NCBI GenBank assembly: GCA_028534125.1
Contig: CM052818.1
Location: 48,424,001 to 48,488,000, forward strand
Reading direction: 5' to 3'
Source: Lama glama
Lineage: Eukaryota
Length of the DNA: 64,000 bases
Positions 50,240 through 63,594 of this stretch are shown piece by piece (within the stretch, counting starts at the first letter, position 1; every line of letters begins with the position of its first letter). Position numbers and translations under genes: made by a program. Under the pieces are notes generated by a model, which was given only the letters and a program-made list of their open reading frames with translations, searched no databases and was not told the DNA's origin.

Positions 50240-50622
50240 AGAAGGTGTGTTTGTATACGGGGGGTGCTACTCATCCGCTTAAAAAGGTGGAATGGATGGA
50301 CCTGGGGGTATTATGCTAAGTGAAGTAAATCAGATAGAAGAAGATAAATACCACATAATTCCACTCATATGTGGGATATTAAAAACAAAGAATAGATAGG
50401 CAAAACCAAACAAGACCAAACACAAAGATACAGAGGACAGAGTAGTGGTCACCAGAGGGGAGGGGGCAGGGAAGGGCGAATCGGGCGAGGGACCACTTGT
50501 GGGGTGACAAATGGAAACTAAGCTTTTGGAGGTGAGCGCATCGGGGGTAACAGAAGCAGAGGAGCAATGTACACATGAAACACACAATGTTTAAACCGAT
50601 AAGACCTCAATAAAAAATAAGG
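50240..50622 (+). mobile_element. L1 3'UTR fragment
   Basis: atggatggacctgggggtattatgctaagtgaagtaaatcaga...gagtagtggtcaccagagggga...acctcaataaaaaataa. Confidence 0.85.
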
Positions 50623-50639
50623 TTTGAAAAAGTCCTCAC

Positions 50640-50980
50640 ACATGTGAACTTATTTACGAAACAGAAATAGACTCACAGGCATCGAAGACAAACTTACGGT
50701 TACCGGGGTGGGGCGGGGGGAAGGAAGTAGGAAGGGGTAAACTGGGAGCTCGAGATTTGCAGATGTTGACTACCGTATATGAAATAGAGAAACAACCAGT
50801 TTCTTCTGTACAGCACGGGAACCTGTATTCAGTGTCTCGTAGTAACCTATAATGGAGAAGAATATGAAAAAAATCTGCAAATATGTGTATGACTGACAAT
50901 TACTGTCCACCAGAAATTGACAAGCACTGTAAACTGACCGAGCTTCAATCATCAATCAATCCATAAAATATATTAATAAG
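50640..50980 (+). mobile_element. Cetartiodactyl-type L1 3' end
   Basis: gaacttatttacgaaacagaaatagactcacaggcatcgaagacaaacttacggttacc...ctgtacagcacgggaac...aacctataatgg...ccagaaattgaca. Confidence 0.88.
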
Positions 50981-52217
50981 AAGAGTCCATAAATTTTTCT
51001 TTCTTTTCTTTCCCTTTGTGTTTGTCCAAACCACAGAGCCACTCTAATGCCACTTCCAGAACTGCTCCTCACGCGTGGCTGAGCCCCAGGGAACCCTCCG
51101 CCGCACCCCCACCCCCAGGCTGTAGGGGCAGGTCTTCCGGGCCTCGGGCCCCAGTCAGTCTTTCTTCTTTTCCCCTTGGCTCCCTCTCCCCATTTTTCTA
51201 CTTCTTGCCACAGTCTCAAAAAACAAAGCAGAAGAAAACAAAAACAAAAACAAAACCCTGGTGTCAGGAGTCGGGGTATAAGTCTGTAATGAGATGACAG
51301 ACCCCCCCCACACACACACATTAATACACATTCTCACAGACGGTGGTCCCCACAGTGACCGCTCGGATGGTCAGCGCAGCACCTCCGGCCTCAGCCTCTC
51401 CGCACATCCCCCCTGGAGGACTCCGACTGGGTCACACAGCCCTGTTGTCACTCTGGCTGCTGAACATAGCTGTGGATAATCCCCCAGCCCCTGCTGGGGC
51501 TGCCTGGAAAACCCCTGTAATTTTAAACAGGCCTTGTCTCCCAGCCGTCCCTTGCCCTGAACCCTGGCAAGGTGGGGCCGGTGACTCATCCAGGCCCTGG
51601 CCTCAGGCTTGGCGCTTGTCTCCACGGGCAGCCCTGCCCGGAAACAGCTGGGACCACAGTGGGGGCTCCCATGGGGAGGGCTCTCAGCTCTGGGTTCCAG
51701 CAACTGGGAGGGAGGGAGGGAGGGACGGAGGCTCTTCCTTGGGACGTGCCAGGCTAAATCAATCCTTTCCCTTTCAGCTTAGAGATAAAAACGTTAAGTG
51801 TCATTCCGGCACTCAGCACCCAGGAATGTCCCCGCACAGCTGACAGCCCTCGACTGCCATTTAGGACGCATGAGATGCCGGCTGACAGACCCACCCCCAG
51901 GGCTCAGTGCATGCCGAGAAAGTCCTGGAAACGAATGAATGAAATAGCTAGAGTCTCAGCATGCAGCCCTCACCCTGGGACGCGGCGCCCTAATGCAGCA
52001 GGGCCAGTTCTACGGGCGATAGTGACCCCTCACAGTGACATAGGGCTCCTTAGTTTACAAAGCGCTTTCAAGGCCATCAGCGCATGTGACCCTGGGGACA
52101 TCCCCGGGAGGCAGCAGGGTTGCTATTTTTAGTGTTACATACTACCCCCACCCCCGCATACCTACCCCTTCCAAAACGCTTATCACTGTTCTGTAACGAC
52201 TGGCTCACACTGCGTTA

Positions 52218-52425
52218 CAGTGGAAAGAACACGGGTCCTGAAACCAGACAGACTTGCCCGTGACGTTTGGCTTGGTCACATACCGGACAGCCTGGCCTTA
52301 GGTCTGGTGCCTCCTCTCTCTGAGGAAGCTATTGGCCTCTCCTGGTTGTGGTCCGAGTTAAATGATGAGATGCACCTGGAAGCACCGAGCCCAGGGTCTA
52401 GAACGAGGTCGGTACCCCACTGACG
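52218..52425 (+). mobile_element. MIR SINE relic
   Basis: cagtggaaagaacacgggtcctgaaaccagacagac...ctggttgtggtccgagttaaatgatgagatgca...aagcaccgagcccagggtct. Confidence 0.6.
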
Positions 52426-52544
52426 CCGGATTCTCACCTCCCCCGGGAGGATGCCGGTGACTGGAAGACTGGCCCCAGGCTCATTTATTTTTTTATCCCC
52501 ACAGCTTAGCACAGGACTTGGTACATGGGTGCATTATTTAAAAA

Positions 52545-52820
52545 CAAGGCATAGAAAACAAACTTCTGGTTACTGACAGAGAAAGGGGGGAGGGGGTAAA
52601 TTGGGAGTTTGGGATTAGCAGATACTAACTACTGTATATAGAAGAGATAAACAACAAGGACCTACTGTAGAGCAAGGGAACTGCATTCAATAGCTTGCAA
52701 TAATTAATAATGAAAAAGAATATGACAAAGAATACATATATGTATAACTGTGCTATATACCAGAAATTAACACAACAATGTAAATCAACTGCACATCAAC
52801 TAAATAAATAAATAAACACA
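52545..52820 (+). mobile_element. Cetartiodactyl-type L1 3' end
   Basis: catagaaaacaaacttctggttac...taaattgggagtttgggattagcagatac...gataaacaacaaggacctactgtagagca...ccagaaattaacacaacaatgtaaatcaact plus a (taaa)n tail. Confidence 0.9.
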
Positions 52821-52984
52821 AGAAAGAACACAAGTGCTGTGTGAATGCACAAACCTATTTTTTAAGCACGTAAACAGAAGCCCAAAGTCGCCAACTGTTC
52901 TGTCCAGGAGGGAACTGGATTTCTGTTTCCTCTATGGGCTGCTCTTCCTCCTACCCCATGCTCTCAAGGATCTGTTGTTCAGTG

Positions 52985-53123
52985 GGGGGAGGGTACAGCT
53001 CAAGTGGTAGAGTGCATGCTTAGCACACACAAGGCCCTGGGTGCAATCCCCAGTACCTCCTCTAAAATAAATATATAAATAAACCGAATTACTTCCCCAA
53101 CCAAAAATAAGTAAATAAATAAA
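52985..53123 (+). mobile_element. tRNA-Ala-derived SINE (camelid vic-1-like) with a 16-bp TSD
   Basis: gggggagggtacagctcaagtggtagagtgcatgcttagcacacacaaggccctgggtgcaatccccagtacctcc plus an AT-rich tail. Perfect direct repeat gatctgttgttcagtg at 52969-52984 and 53124-53139. Confidence 0.92.
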
Positions 53124-53479
53124 GATCTGTTGTTCAGTGATCTCAATAGTTAATTAAATTTCTTCTCCAAACACAGTCTTTGTTCAAAAACCTTACTGTG
53201 TCTCCTGGTTTTTTCCCAATGACATCAACTTCTTGAGGAAATTAAAGAGGCTCTTCTGCACAAAATGGCTGGGACACCCCGGGTGGTAGCACCCACTGGG
53301 CCTAAGCTATTGTGAGCTAATTAGCCCTGCCACCGATATGCAGAGCAAGCACCTCGTGAGGAAGGTTTTCTGAGAATTGTCTAATGAGGGAGTGTAACAC
53401 AGAGTTGATTCAAAAAAGATCTCAGCTAGGTTGTCTCTAGGTAAGTGGATGCCAAATTGATGCTTTCAAGTTCAAACCT

Positions 53480-54092
53480 AATTATGTTAACCTTCAGTTT
53501 AAAACCTCTGGTGTCTTCCTCCATCACTTTGGATCAAGGCAGAATCCTCCACCTGGTCTCTGAGTCCCTAAGTAGCTCCTGCACCAGGATACTTTCCTCA
53601 CTGCTCTCCTTCCCACTTTCTCCTCTAGTCCCCTGGGCCCCATCTGGTTTTTTAATGTCACAACTTTCCCTCTCCCTCGGGCCGAGCTCTTTCATCTCTC
53701 CAGAAGCCCATCCCCTCCTTTCTCTCCTTAAATTATCTTATTCTTCAGATTTAGGTTCAAATACCATCTCCTCCAAGAAGCCTTCCCTGACTGTCCAGTC
53801 TGCCTCAGCTCAAGCTCTTTGATTGCATGATGCATGGAATCACATTCTTGTCCTGCCAACTTCTTATATTCACCCTTATGTGTATATTTTTCACTGTGGT
53901 TGTTTGAGCGACATTTGTGTTCCTCCTCCAAACTGTATACTCCAAACTGTATACTCCATGAGAACAAAGGTGAGGCCCGTGTGTCTACTTTGGCTTCCTC
54001 AGTGCTTATCACATAGTGCCTGGCTCAGGGCACACACTCAGTTTTTGTTCAGCAGAAATTTGTTAACAAGAAGAATGTTGATGTGAATGAGT
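53480..54092 (+). mobile_element. L2 3' portion
   Basis: ccatctcctccaagaagccttccctgac...ctccatgagaacaaagg...cagtgcttatcacatagtgcctggctcagggcacacactcag...gaatgag. Confidence 0.75.
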
Positions 54093-56553
54093 CAGAGGGC
54101 TGTTCCCTATGAGATCATCCATCCATCCATCCATCCATCGATCCGGGCAGTGGAGGGGAGAAGTACCATCAGACTCATCTTGTTTGCGGGGCTCCTTGAA
54201 GCCAAAGACCTTTCATAGAGTAATCGTCTCAGATCTAGAAGAGACTGCAGACATCATCCAGCCCCAGACTCCCTCTCTTCACAAACCCACTAGGGCATGT
54301 GTTCTGCTGGACGAATGGTTTTCCAGGCTTTGCTTGGGCTCGTTTTGCGCAAGAGATCTCCATTCATAGGTGCTGGGATTACATCACCTGAAAGAGTCCT
54401 TTAAGGACTGTGTAAGGATAAATAAAGAATAAAATTACCCAGAAGGAATGAATCTGTATTTTAGAACAAGCTATTTTAAAGCTAATAAAGAAGCAAAAAT
54501 GTAGGCAAGACATGATGGAAATAAACCGTTCTAACTGGGGAGCCTCGGTACTGACTCCCAGTCCCTCTCTGCTGGGGACTGACTCTGTCCTTGAGCCTGG
54601 GTCACCTGCACAAACGCCTCTCTCTCCCGGTTTGCTTCAGAAACCTCCGTTGCCCCAGATGTCTCCCCACTCCCCACCATCTGTCGCTACAAGACAAGCT
54701 GAACTGATCATCTCTTGCTTTTGGTACAGCCACTCTAACCACCGAGATGTCTCAACATCTCTGTCACTTGCTTCAAATTGAGTACTTAAAACATAAAATA
54801 TTTTTGCTTTAATGACAAAGCGTTCACCATGTGCACGTCTATGACTTTTGCAGAACTCCTGCGTTTCATTAATTTCCATATGTCTAGGATCCGGTGTGGG
54901 GACACTATTGAGTTTCACTGAATCATTCTCTTTCTGGGTCTAATTTCTGCAGTTAGACACAGAAATAGGGTAAATCTATGTGTCTCCTGGGCACAGCGTT
55001 GTAATGGAAGTAACCTTCCTCGGGGGAGTCTCCGTAGCTGTTTGCGAATGTCCAGTATCGCCAGAGTCTTCACAATGATTTCCAGGCTGAATGCAGCCTA
55101 CAGCGTATTCTTACTTTCCATATGCCCTTTTCTCTATTTTTTTTCCTTATTCTTTGCTACACAAGTCCCTTGACAGTGTCCCCATGTTACAAATGCTTGC
55201 TTGCCCCCAGGCCTTGAGTGAATTCGCTGTCTGTTTAATGCCTACTCCATATGGGATAGATTAACACAAAAAGCTTTAGCCTTGTACAACACTCAGATGC
55301 TTTCATGTAATGGCCGTGAGGATGGGGGTGGGACATGAACACACAAGTGGGTGCATGTACGAAGAACAGAAATCCATTGAGTTCCCCCAGACCAGACGTC
55401 TGCATTCTCCAGGGCTCTCAGCAGCCAATAAATTTGACTTGAACTTTTTTTATTTCATGCATTCTGCTGTTAAAGCAAACCCTTCTTTCTAAACTAAGTA
55501 TAATTGCAAGATACTATTCTGAGTGCCAAAAACGTCAACTGTAAGTTGCAAACATGGACACATTTAAACAGAACCATATGTTTAGATTGAAAGAAAAAAA
55601 ATCAGAAACGAACCAATCATTCTACCTTTTGCTTAAGCGATAAATGGCCAGGAAGCAATCACGTCAGACAATAATCAGGGAACCAATGATCATTTCGCAA
55701 AACAGTATTCATATAGTCTCATCAGAAAATGTTATCCATGTCCTATGGGCATTATCAGCCGTATAAAAACCTAACGCCTTGAAAACAGAGGCTTGATTCG
55801 AGGGACGTTTATTCAACATCTAATTAATTTATTTCATTCCGCACCAAGGTCACTGGATTGAGAGTTAAGACAGTTTGGTTTTGTTCATGGTCTGTCAGCT
55901 AGCCTTGGTACACAACTACTCTTGTGACCTTGGGCGGTGGTCTCCTATGTCACTCAGAAAAAATACTCACAGTCTTGACCAGGTCACACATCATCTGTAC
56001 CTATCACTCCCATCGTTAATTTTCCCTCCGTGGGCTGATGCAGGGGTCAGAAATCTCTTAGGGGCTAGGATGGTGATTAAACTCAAGCTCCACGTAAGAG
56101 AAAACTGAGGTTCAGGGATTTTAAGTAACTTATCAAAGAGATAGAGGTAAGAAATTACAGGGTAAAGAATATAAGATTTATTTTTTTAAGACTCTGATTT
56201 TCCCTTGGACCATGGGATAATCTTTTCTTTATTTTAATAAGTTCACTCTGCTTTCATTGGCTCATGTGTACCAAGAGAAGTTGGAACTATATCTCTATAC
56301 TTCAAGCTGGAGTGTGTGTTTAGAGAGAGACATGAACCATTTTTAGGTCGTCAGATAAACTTTGGGAAAAATAGTTACACACATGTGTGTGTGCCCATGT
56401 GTGTTTTGAAAACATAAAACTAGCTTATTCAACCTAAGGTTTAATAGATATTGTTGCTTAAAAGGAGACTAAATTTGTTTAATAGTCAAAGTGAACTGAT
56501 TTTAAGTAATATTTAGGAGTAATTGTTCTGTATATGGGAAATAAAGACGTGGC

Positions 56554-56619
56554 ATATATATATATATATCTCTATATATCTCTATATATATATAGAGAGA
56601 TATATATAGATATATATAG
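56554..56619. repeat. (TA)n/(TATATCTC) compound microsatellite
   Basis: atatatatatatatatctctatatatctctatatatatatagagagatatatatagatatatatag. Confidence 0.95.
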
Positions 56620-57467
56620 TCAATGCTTAAATCCTTGAAAATTGTAAAATAATGAAGTGGATAATGCCAAATTGTTCTTCTAGCACTAATAATTCAGAAT
56701 CAGTGATTTTCCTTAATCAGAAAGAAAGCATATGTATATACACAAACACACACACACACACATTTAAGTCAGCCCAAATGTAGAATGCCTGAATGGCGGA
56801 AATACAGGAAACTACTTATACGAAATCATCAAAATCATAATACAATGGGAATTCACACTGAGTCTTGGAGAATTTCCAGCATCTATTCTCTGGAACAGAC
56901 TCATCACTGTGAGCATTTCTCCCCATGTGAGTGTCTCCAAGCCGCACATCCAGCGGTCTCACAACGGGCTTCAGCCCGCAGCACACTTAGTCACTGTGTA
57001 ACTCAGGCCTGAAGTCCACCGACTGCATGTCTGGAATGAACTTGGGGGAGTCTGGGGGATGCTTGAGGTGGCAACGTACCAGGCATATTTTTCACTGAGG
57101 ATTAGCTGGTTCTTAGGCATGAAGTTTGAGATAAAGAAAGGTGGCAGGAAAGTTATTGACAAATATACTACCTTTTCAGGAAGAAGTGGCTTTCTAATCT
57201 CTTTTAAAGTACCCACATAAATAATGTTAACTCCGTTTAATGAAGCGTGCAAACTAATCTTGGTGCAGCTCATAAAAAATAGTTGCTTTAGAGCATTTCC
57301 ATTCTCTATTAATAATTGGCTGGAAATATCCTCTCTAGATAGGATGAGCAGAGGAAGAGAGAGTTTGCGGAAACATGATGGTCCAGCCACTCAGCCTACA
57401 GTAGGAGTCTCATCCCCTTCCCCCAGGTTCATTTCCTTCATTCATTTCTATCACCACCACCATCATT

Positions 57468-57472
57468 GTCTG

Positions 57473-57514
<42 letters not shown>
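57468..57514. repeat. (TCTA)n tetranucleotide microsatellite
   Basis: tctgtctatctatctatctatctatctatctatctatctatctatct. Confidence 0.95.
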
Positions 57515-57516
<2 letters not shown>

Positions 57517-57540
57517 CCCATCTACACATACATACAAAAT

Positions 57541-57714
57541 CACTATGTCATTTGTAGGACCCAGCACAAAATGAAAATGTTGAGCCTTTTTAAAAAAAAT
57601 TACTGAGACTTTCAAAACACGACAGCAAAGCATTAACCAACCCACGGTGGGCCCCTGCGGAGCACGGGGCCTGCGGGGGACAGCACGGGTTGTAAGCTCA
57701 TGAATCGGGCTCTG
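57541..57714 (-). mobile_element. MER91A-like hAT-Tip100 DNA transposon
   Basis: tttgtaggacccagcacaaaatgaaaatg...ttactgagactttcaaaacacgacagcaaagcattaacca...agcacggggcctg...catgaatcgggctctg matches the reverse complement of the remembered MER91A consensus. Confidence 0.75.
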
Positions 57715-58539
57715 TACACATACGTGTATTTTATGACCCTCATTGTTCTCGTAAAATCCCATAAGCTCAAAAACCTTTGCTTCATGTGTTTGGGTAGCAT
57801 TTTATCCTACACGTGTGAATAAAAGACTGAGTCAAAGCATCCCCTGAAAGAGGCAGTCAGAGGGGCTCCTCACGTACAAAGCCTTCTTCTGAGATTAGGC
57901 CATAGTAGGGAAAAATACTTTAATGTCCAGAGGTCCACATTACATTTTTATTCTGCCGCAGAACCATGCAAATTGCCTGTAGGATAGGATGATAAATGCA
58001 TTTCTCTGAGTTGTTTGCCAAACTGCCTTCATATTGGCCAGTCAGAGCTTCTGCTGAGTCGGTTTGCCTCCAAACTGCCATCAGTAACTTGGGAACTTTC
58101 AGTTTTTCTGAAGCACAAGTGGAAACTTCCATGGAAAACAGTTGGGAGCTTAAACCCATGGACACACAACCAGGCAGCCTTGGTGGTTCTGCTGCGTCCT
58201 CTTGGGGCACTTTTGACCTTCTCTGAGCCCAGCCACGTTGACACCAGCATTGCAGAACTTGTCTGCTCCGGCCACCCCAGACCTACAGGACCCGCTCCGG
58301 AGTTCTGGCTCCTGCTTCAGCCCCTTGTCAGAATGCCTCCGCCCTTCTCAATGAGAAGTCATCTCAGCTCTGGTCTGGGTCCTGGCCTCTGACTCAGCTC
58401 TGCCCTTCCTCTGCCGACAAGCACTTCTCTGCATGGCAGGCTGCCTCTCTTGAGCAAAATGTATTTGGTTCTCTTCAACTAATTACCTTACGTGCTCATA
58501 AAGTCCCGAGGTAAAGAATCATCTTCAAGATGGTTAGGA

Positions 58540-58888
58540 AAGGGTGGGGGGTAGACAAATGGGTGAAGAGGATCAAAAGGTACAAACTTCCAGCTATAAA
58601 ATAAATGAGTCCTGGGCACGCAGTGTACAGCCTGGGATGACAGTGATTGATGTTGTACTGCATACTTGGAAGTTGCTGAGTGAATCAATCTTAAAAGTTC
58701 TCATCACACGAAAAATGCATTTGTAAATAAGACGGTGACAGGCTGGTGACGGGCAGCAATGAGACTCTTCGTGGTGATCGTTTGGAAGTGTATGCAAACA
58801 GCAAGTCATTACGTTGACACCTGAAGCTGACACGACATTACATGTCAATTACACCTCAGTGAAAAAGAAGAAAAAAAACAAATAAAAA
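58540..58888 (+). mobile_element. L1MA9-like 3'UTR fragment
   Basis: aaatgggtgaagaggatcaaaaggtacaaacttccagctataaaataaatgagtcctggg...tcttaaaagttctcatcaca...tgtcaattacacctcagtgaaaaa. Confidence 0.88.
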
Positions 58889-59562
58889 GATAGGAAAGGA
58901 AGCTCAGTGAGGAGGCCAGTTACTTATGGCCCTGGGCTCAGAGGAGACCCACCCGGGAGGGGAACACTTTCCAGAGCCCCACCTACGTGGGGCAAGCCAG
59001 CCCTGCCCCACGTCACAGGGAGTGGCTGAGAAGGAGACCTCAGGGACCACCTAGGAATCTAACCTCTTGACTTCACATGTGAGGAACTGAGGCTCGAGGA
59101 GATTATCCCTATCTTCACAACGGAGAGGCCAGAAAGAATCGCCCACGGGATGTGTTCATAAGCGTCCTCGCCTGGCCCATAGACACGTCCATAAAGTCTC
59201 AGCCTGAGCTTCAGAGAGTCTTATAATTTCCTCTCAACCTTCCTTTCTGACATTCCTTAGCCATGTTGAACCAATTACGGTTTTTAATCACAGAAAGCAC
59301 ATTACCTTCTTTTCATATGCATTTATACTTTCCTTTGTCTAATGCTGTTTCATCTCTTCTGTTTCCTCCCGTGTCTGGTCAATTCATTTCCTATTTGCCG
59401 TACACATTTCTGGGAATTCTTTTGCCTTGTCATTTCAGTCCTGATCATCTTCCGTTATTAAGTTGTATCTAAACTTGCTTTACATACATTGACTGTGAGT
59501 CTGTAACATGTCGCCTGTCGGGCTCGATCTTGGGTGTACAGAGAGGAACAGGGCACACTCTT

Positions 59563-60181
59563 TATTTTTTTTTTTATTGAGTTATAGTCAGTTTACAATG
59601 TTGTGTCAAATTCCAGCATAGAGCACAATTTTTCAGTTATACATGAACATACATATATTCATTGTCGCATTCTTTTTCGCTGTGAGCGACCACAAGATCT
59701 TGCGTAGATTCCCCTGTGCTACACAGTGTAATCTTGTTTATCTATTCTGCATGTGCCTGTCCGTATCTACAGATTTTGGACTCCTATTCTGTCCCTTCCC
59801 ATTCACTTCCACCCTGGCAACCACGAGTTAGTTATCTATGTATATGAGTCTGTTTCTTTTTTATATTTAAGTTCATTTGTCGTCTTGTTTTTTTTTTAAG
59901 ATTCCACATATGAGTGATCTCATATGGCATTTTTCTTTCTCTTTCTGGATTACTTCACTTAGAATGACATTCTCCAGGGACATCCATGTTGCTGCAAATG
60001 GTGTTATACTGTCATTTTTATGGCTGAATAGTATTCCATTGTATAAATATACTGCAACTTCTTTATCCAGTCATCTGTCAATGGACATTTAGGCTGTTTG
60101 CATGACTTGGCTGTTGCAAATAATTCTGCGATGAACATTGGGGTGCAGTTGTCATTTTGAATTAGGGTTCCTTCTGGATAT
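59563..60181 (-). mobile_element. Young-looking L1 3' end with TSD, nested in an L2 relic
   Basis: Poly-T followed by attgagttatagtcagtttacaatgttgtg...catccatgttgctgcaaatgg...tttatggctgaatagtattccattgt. TSD agggcacactctt 59550-59562 and agggcatactctt 60182-60194. Confidence 0.92.
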
Positions 60182-63100
60182 AGGGCATACTCTTATCTTC
60201 AGGGAATTCACTGTGTAGGAAATTGGTCTAATTTAAAGGACCTTAAACACAGTGGTGTGTGGGGTGTAATGACTGGTACATGCCAGGGAGAACAGAGAAG
60301 AGGTGTCTAACCAAGGCTCGGGATGTCCTTGAGGGCCTTCTGGAGCAGCCTGGGCCTCAGTGGAGGTTCCACCAGCCCCTAGAAATTCTCTAGGTTAGAA
60401 GGTTTGAGTTACAGTATCAGGAAAAAGAAAGAAGAACCCCTAACACAGTTACACATTTCGAAGTTTATTAATACCCCAAGAGGTCATTCTAATACTTGCA
60501 CAATTCTTTGGGATTTAACCATAGAGAGAGCTCTATTCCTCCTCGTACATGATGACAGTTCTTGCTTCCCACAACAAGAAAGAGAACTTCAGAAAAGCGT
60601 ATGCTCCCTCAGGTAACAACTGGGCAAAGTAACTTGAAAGGAAAAAAAAAAAGTTGTGTTGCCACATCCAAGCAAGAAATTCCGAGTGTTCTCCAAGTTC
60701 ACTGAATTCCACGCTCGTGAACCAGCATGCCGCTCTGTCAAAGAAAAGCAATGCAGAATTAGGAAATACAACATGATCGTGATCCTCGTAGACCATCTAT
60801 ACCAATTTCTTCACTTTTACTAGCCTGTGAGGTCAAGGAAAAAGAAGTGCTTTTTCACAAGTCACAGGACCACGAGCCCAGAGCTAGAAGCAGCCTGTTG
60901 TCCTAGCACCCACGATGATTCTTTATTTCTCTGCCTGAAATGACACTTTCAAGGTGCAATGCAGGAGCATTGCTACCTAATAGTAGAAAGCCCTACGAAG
61001 GCCGAGAACGATGGACGTGCCAGGAACTTATGAGAGAACCAGAAGCAGCCTCTGTAGGCGTTCGTGACCAGGGCAAGAAATGATTGATAAAGGTCCACTA
61101 TGGTCTTTCCATCCATTTAAGGAGGGAGAAAGGATTACTGTGAAAATTATGATACAAAAAAAAAATATCTAGGCAGTGTGTAGTGACCTCACTATGTCTA
61201 GATTTGCCAAGCAACCAGAGTGAAAATGTGACAAATCTGGTCTGTTGGTGACGTGCACATGGGCTCTAGAACCAGCGTTGCGCTCCGTGTGGGAGCAGGT
61301 GAGAGGTTCAGCCGGCACCCGAGGTCTGATGGAAGCTCTGACGCTGTCTGGATGGCTGCCTCGCTGGTGTGCTTCAATCATGAGAGGGGTGGCTTTTCTG
61401 AAATGAAGTAGAAATGCCATAATAATTCAGCTGGTAGCATTTTCATAAGGCTTTGGAAGGCACCCTCAGGGACTGCAATTTCTCCTCTTCTAAAATCCCT
61501 TAAAAGTTGTCTTTTCATCAATAGAATACGCATACTTCAGTTTAAAAGGTCTCCAATGCCCACAGAAGGATTGAAATAATACCAGCCCAGAAAAATGCGC
61601 CTTAAAAACCATGGTGACATTTCTTGGCAAACAGCTGACAGTTTCCTACATTTGGCTCCCCTCTGATGGTAATTAGTTTACAGTGTTTAACTTGGTTCAC
61701 CTTTGAGGAGGTTGTCACGATGATGTAGCTCCATTGCCTTTTAATTATTTTAATCATTAAGACATCCAGTGATATGTTCTCATTCTGTGGGAGTCGAAGC
61801 TTGCAAACACAGAAAGGGAAAGCAATTTGAAGCTAACCGAGGAAGAGCGGTGAACGGTTGGTTAATTGAACAAGCCCTCACTGAGCCCCTACCGTGTGCC
61901 GGGCTCTGTGCTCAGAGCTGAGGAGACGGAAAGCGGAATTAGCCGTGGTTAATGCCCTCCAGAGGATGGAGATGCGTGTAACTCACTGTAAACCATGTGG
62001 CAAGCGATCCAACAGGGCTAGAAACAAAGCGTTTTGAAGATGCAGAAGAAGAGAGCCGTCCATTCTGCCTGGCAGGGCTGGCAAAGCACGCCAGTTCCGA
62101 GTGCTTTTGATGGAAAACAGCCAAAAATAAACCCAGATTGGCTTAAAGAACAAGAGAACGTTTACAGAATAGCGATGCCAATACTTGGTCAGGGGCAGGG
62201 CTGGGCTGAGGGACTCAGCTGACTTCACCAGCCTCTACTTGCCTCAGTCCCGGTCGGGTCCATCCTGCGGGCGGGAGGCTTCATTTTCAGATCACGAGTC
62301 GGGGCGACACGGCAGCGTCCACTGCGATACTGCGTGTCTGCCAAGTTTGCATGCAGCAGGCACAAAGCCTGCACACGTGACGAAGGCCCAGCGGAGGCCT
62401 TCTGTGCCCTATTGGCTCTGAACTGCTTAACGCCCCTGCATTCTTTCGACTGGGCCATTGGAGTGGGCCCATCACAGCGCCTGGAGGGGAAGTCAGCTCT
62501 GTCCAATTCTCATGGGTGAAGAGCCTTGAAAACATAATCTTCCTCCAAAAAAGTAAATATATTGTTTTAGTAAAAGGAATTTGGATGGATGTTGAGCGGC
62601 AGACATCAGCGGTAAATGAGCTGGACGTAAAAGCCTGAAGGCGGGAAATGCTTTAGGTGTGCCCAGCCGTTGGCCAGGCCGACGGCACACGCAGAGGAAT
62701 ACAGACATAAAAGTGTGAAGATGGGGACGGATTTTCAGGACTTAGCGAGCGTTTGGTGAATGAGCGGTGAGGAATCAAAGATGACCTAAGTCCACGCTGC
62801 AGGATCAATGGCTGTATTACTGTCTATCCGCCTTAATTACTTATTTCTTAGGGTTGATTTTCAGAGCACGCGTGTTGTCCCTTCAGAGAACAGTACACAT
62901 AACTTGGTGGTTTGGGTCTGAGAGAAGATCCTAGCAAGTGTGTGCCCAGGAGAGCTGGAGGGGAAGATAGGAAGACAGGAAAAAAGGTAGGAAGCCCTCT
63001 GCCTGTTTCTACAGGCAAATCCCAAAGCACCCCAAAAGGCGTGCCGCGTTTACCCTTCTATCTGTCCGGTCATCATGAGGTGAGAGTACTGCTGAATTGG

Positions 63101-63594
63101 AAAGGGCGAGCTCAGTGCGCGTGGAGAGCCCTCGCACACAGGATGGGGAACTGTCTGGCCCACGTACACTCTATTCCACTTTCAGACTTTGACACAGAAA
63201 CCACCGAACAATCACGATGGTGCAGCCATCTCTATGGTCAATGCCCACGGGATAAATTACCTTGACTCAATTTATAATTTTGCGGTCCAGTCTAATTGGT
63301 CACAGCAATAGCTGTTAACCTTCTTACTTGAAGGCAAACTGTGCTTTGGGTAATTTTGATATAAACCATGGGTAATTAGTATTATGCTGTTAATACAGTA
63401 TTAGGGAAAGAAAAGTATGTATGGTGACAGGCTGAGTTTTAAGTCTGACTCTGTTCTTTTCCGCAAGGGGAGATTTTTATTCTGTCTTCCTGATTCCCAG
63501 CATCCACAGGGATCAAACAGGGATGGGTACAGAGAACCGCATGTACTTCTGGCACGATGAAGCATGCTGTTGGGTTGTTGGGAAAAAATCAGAC

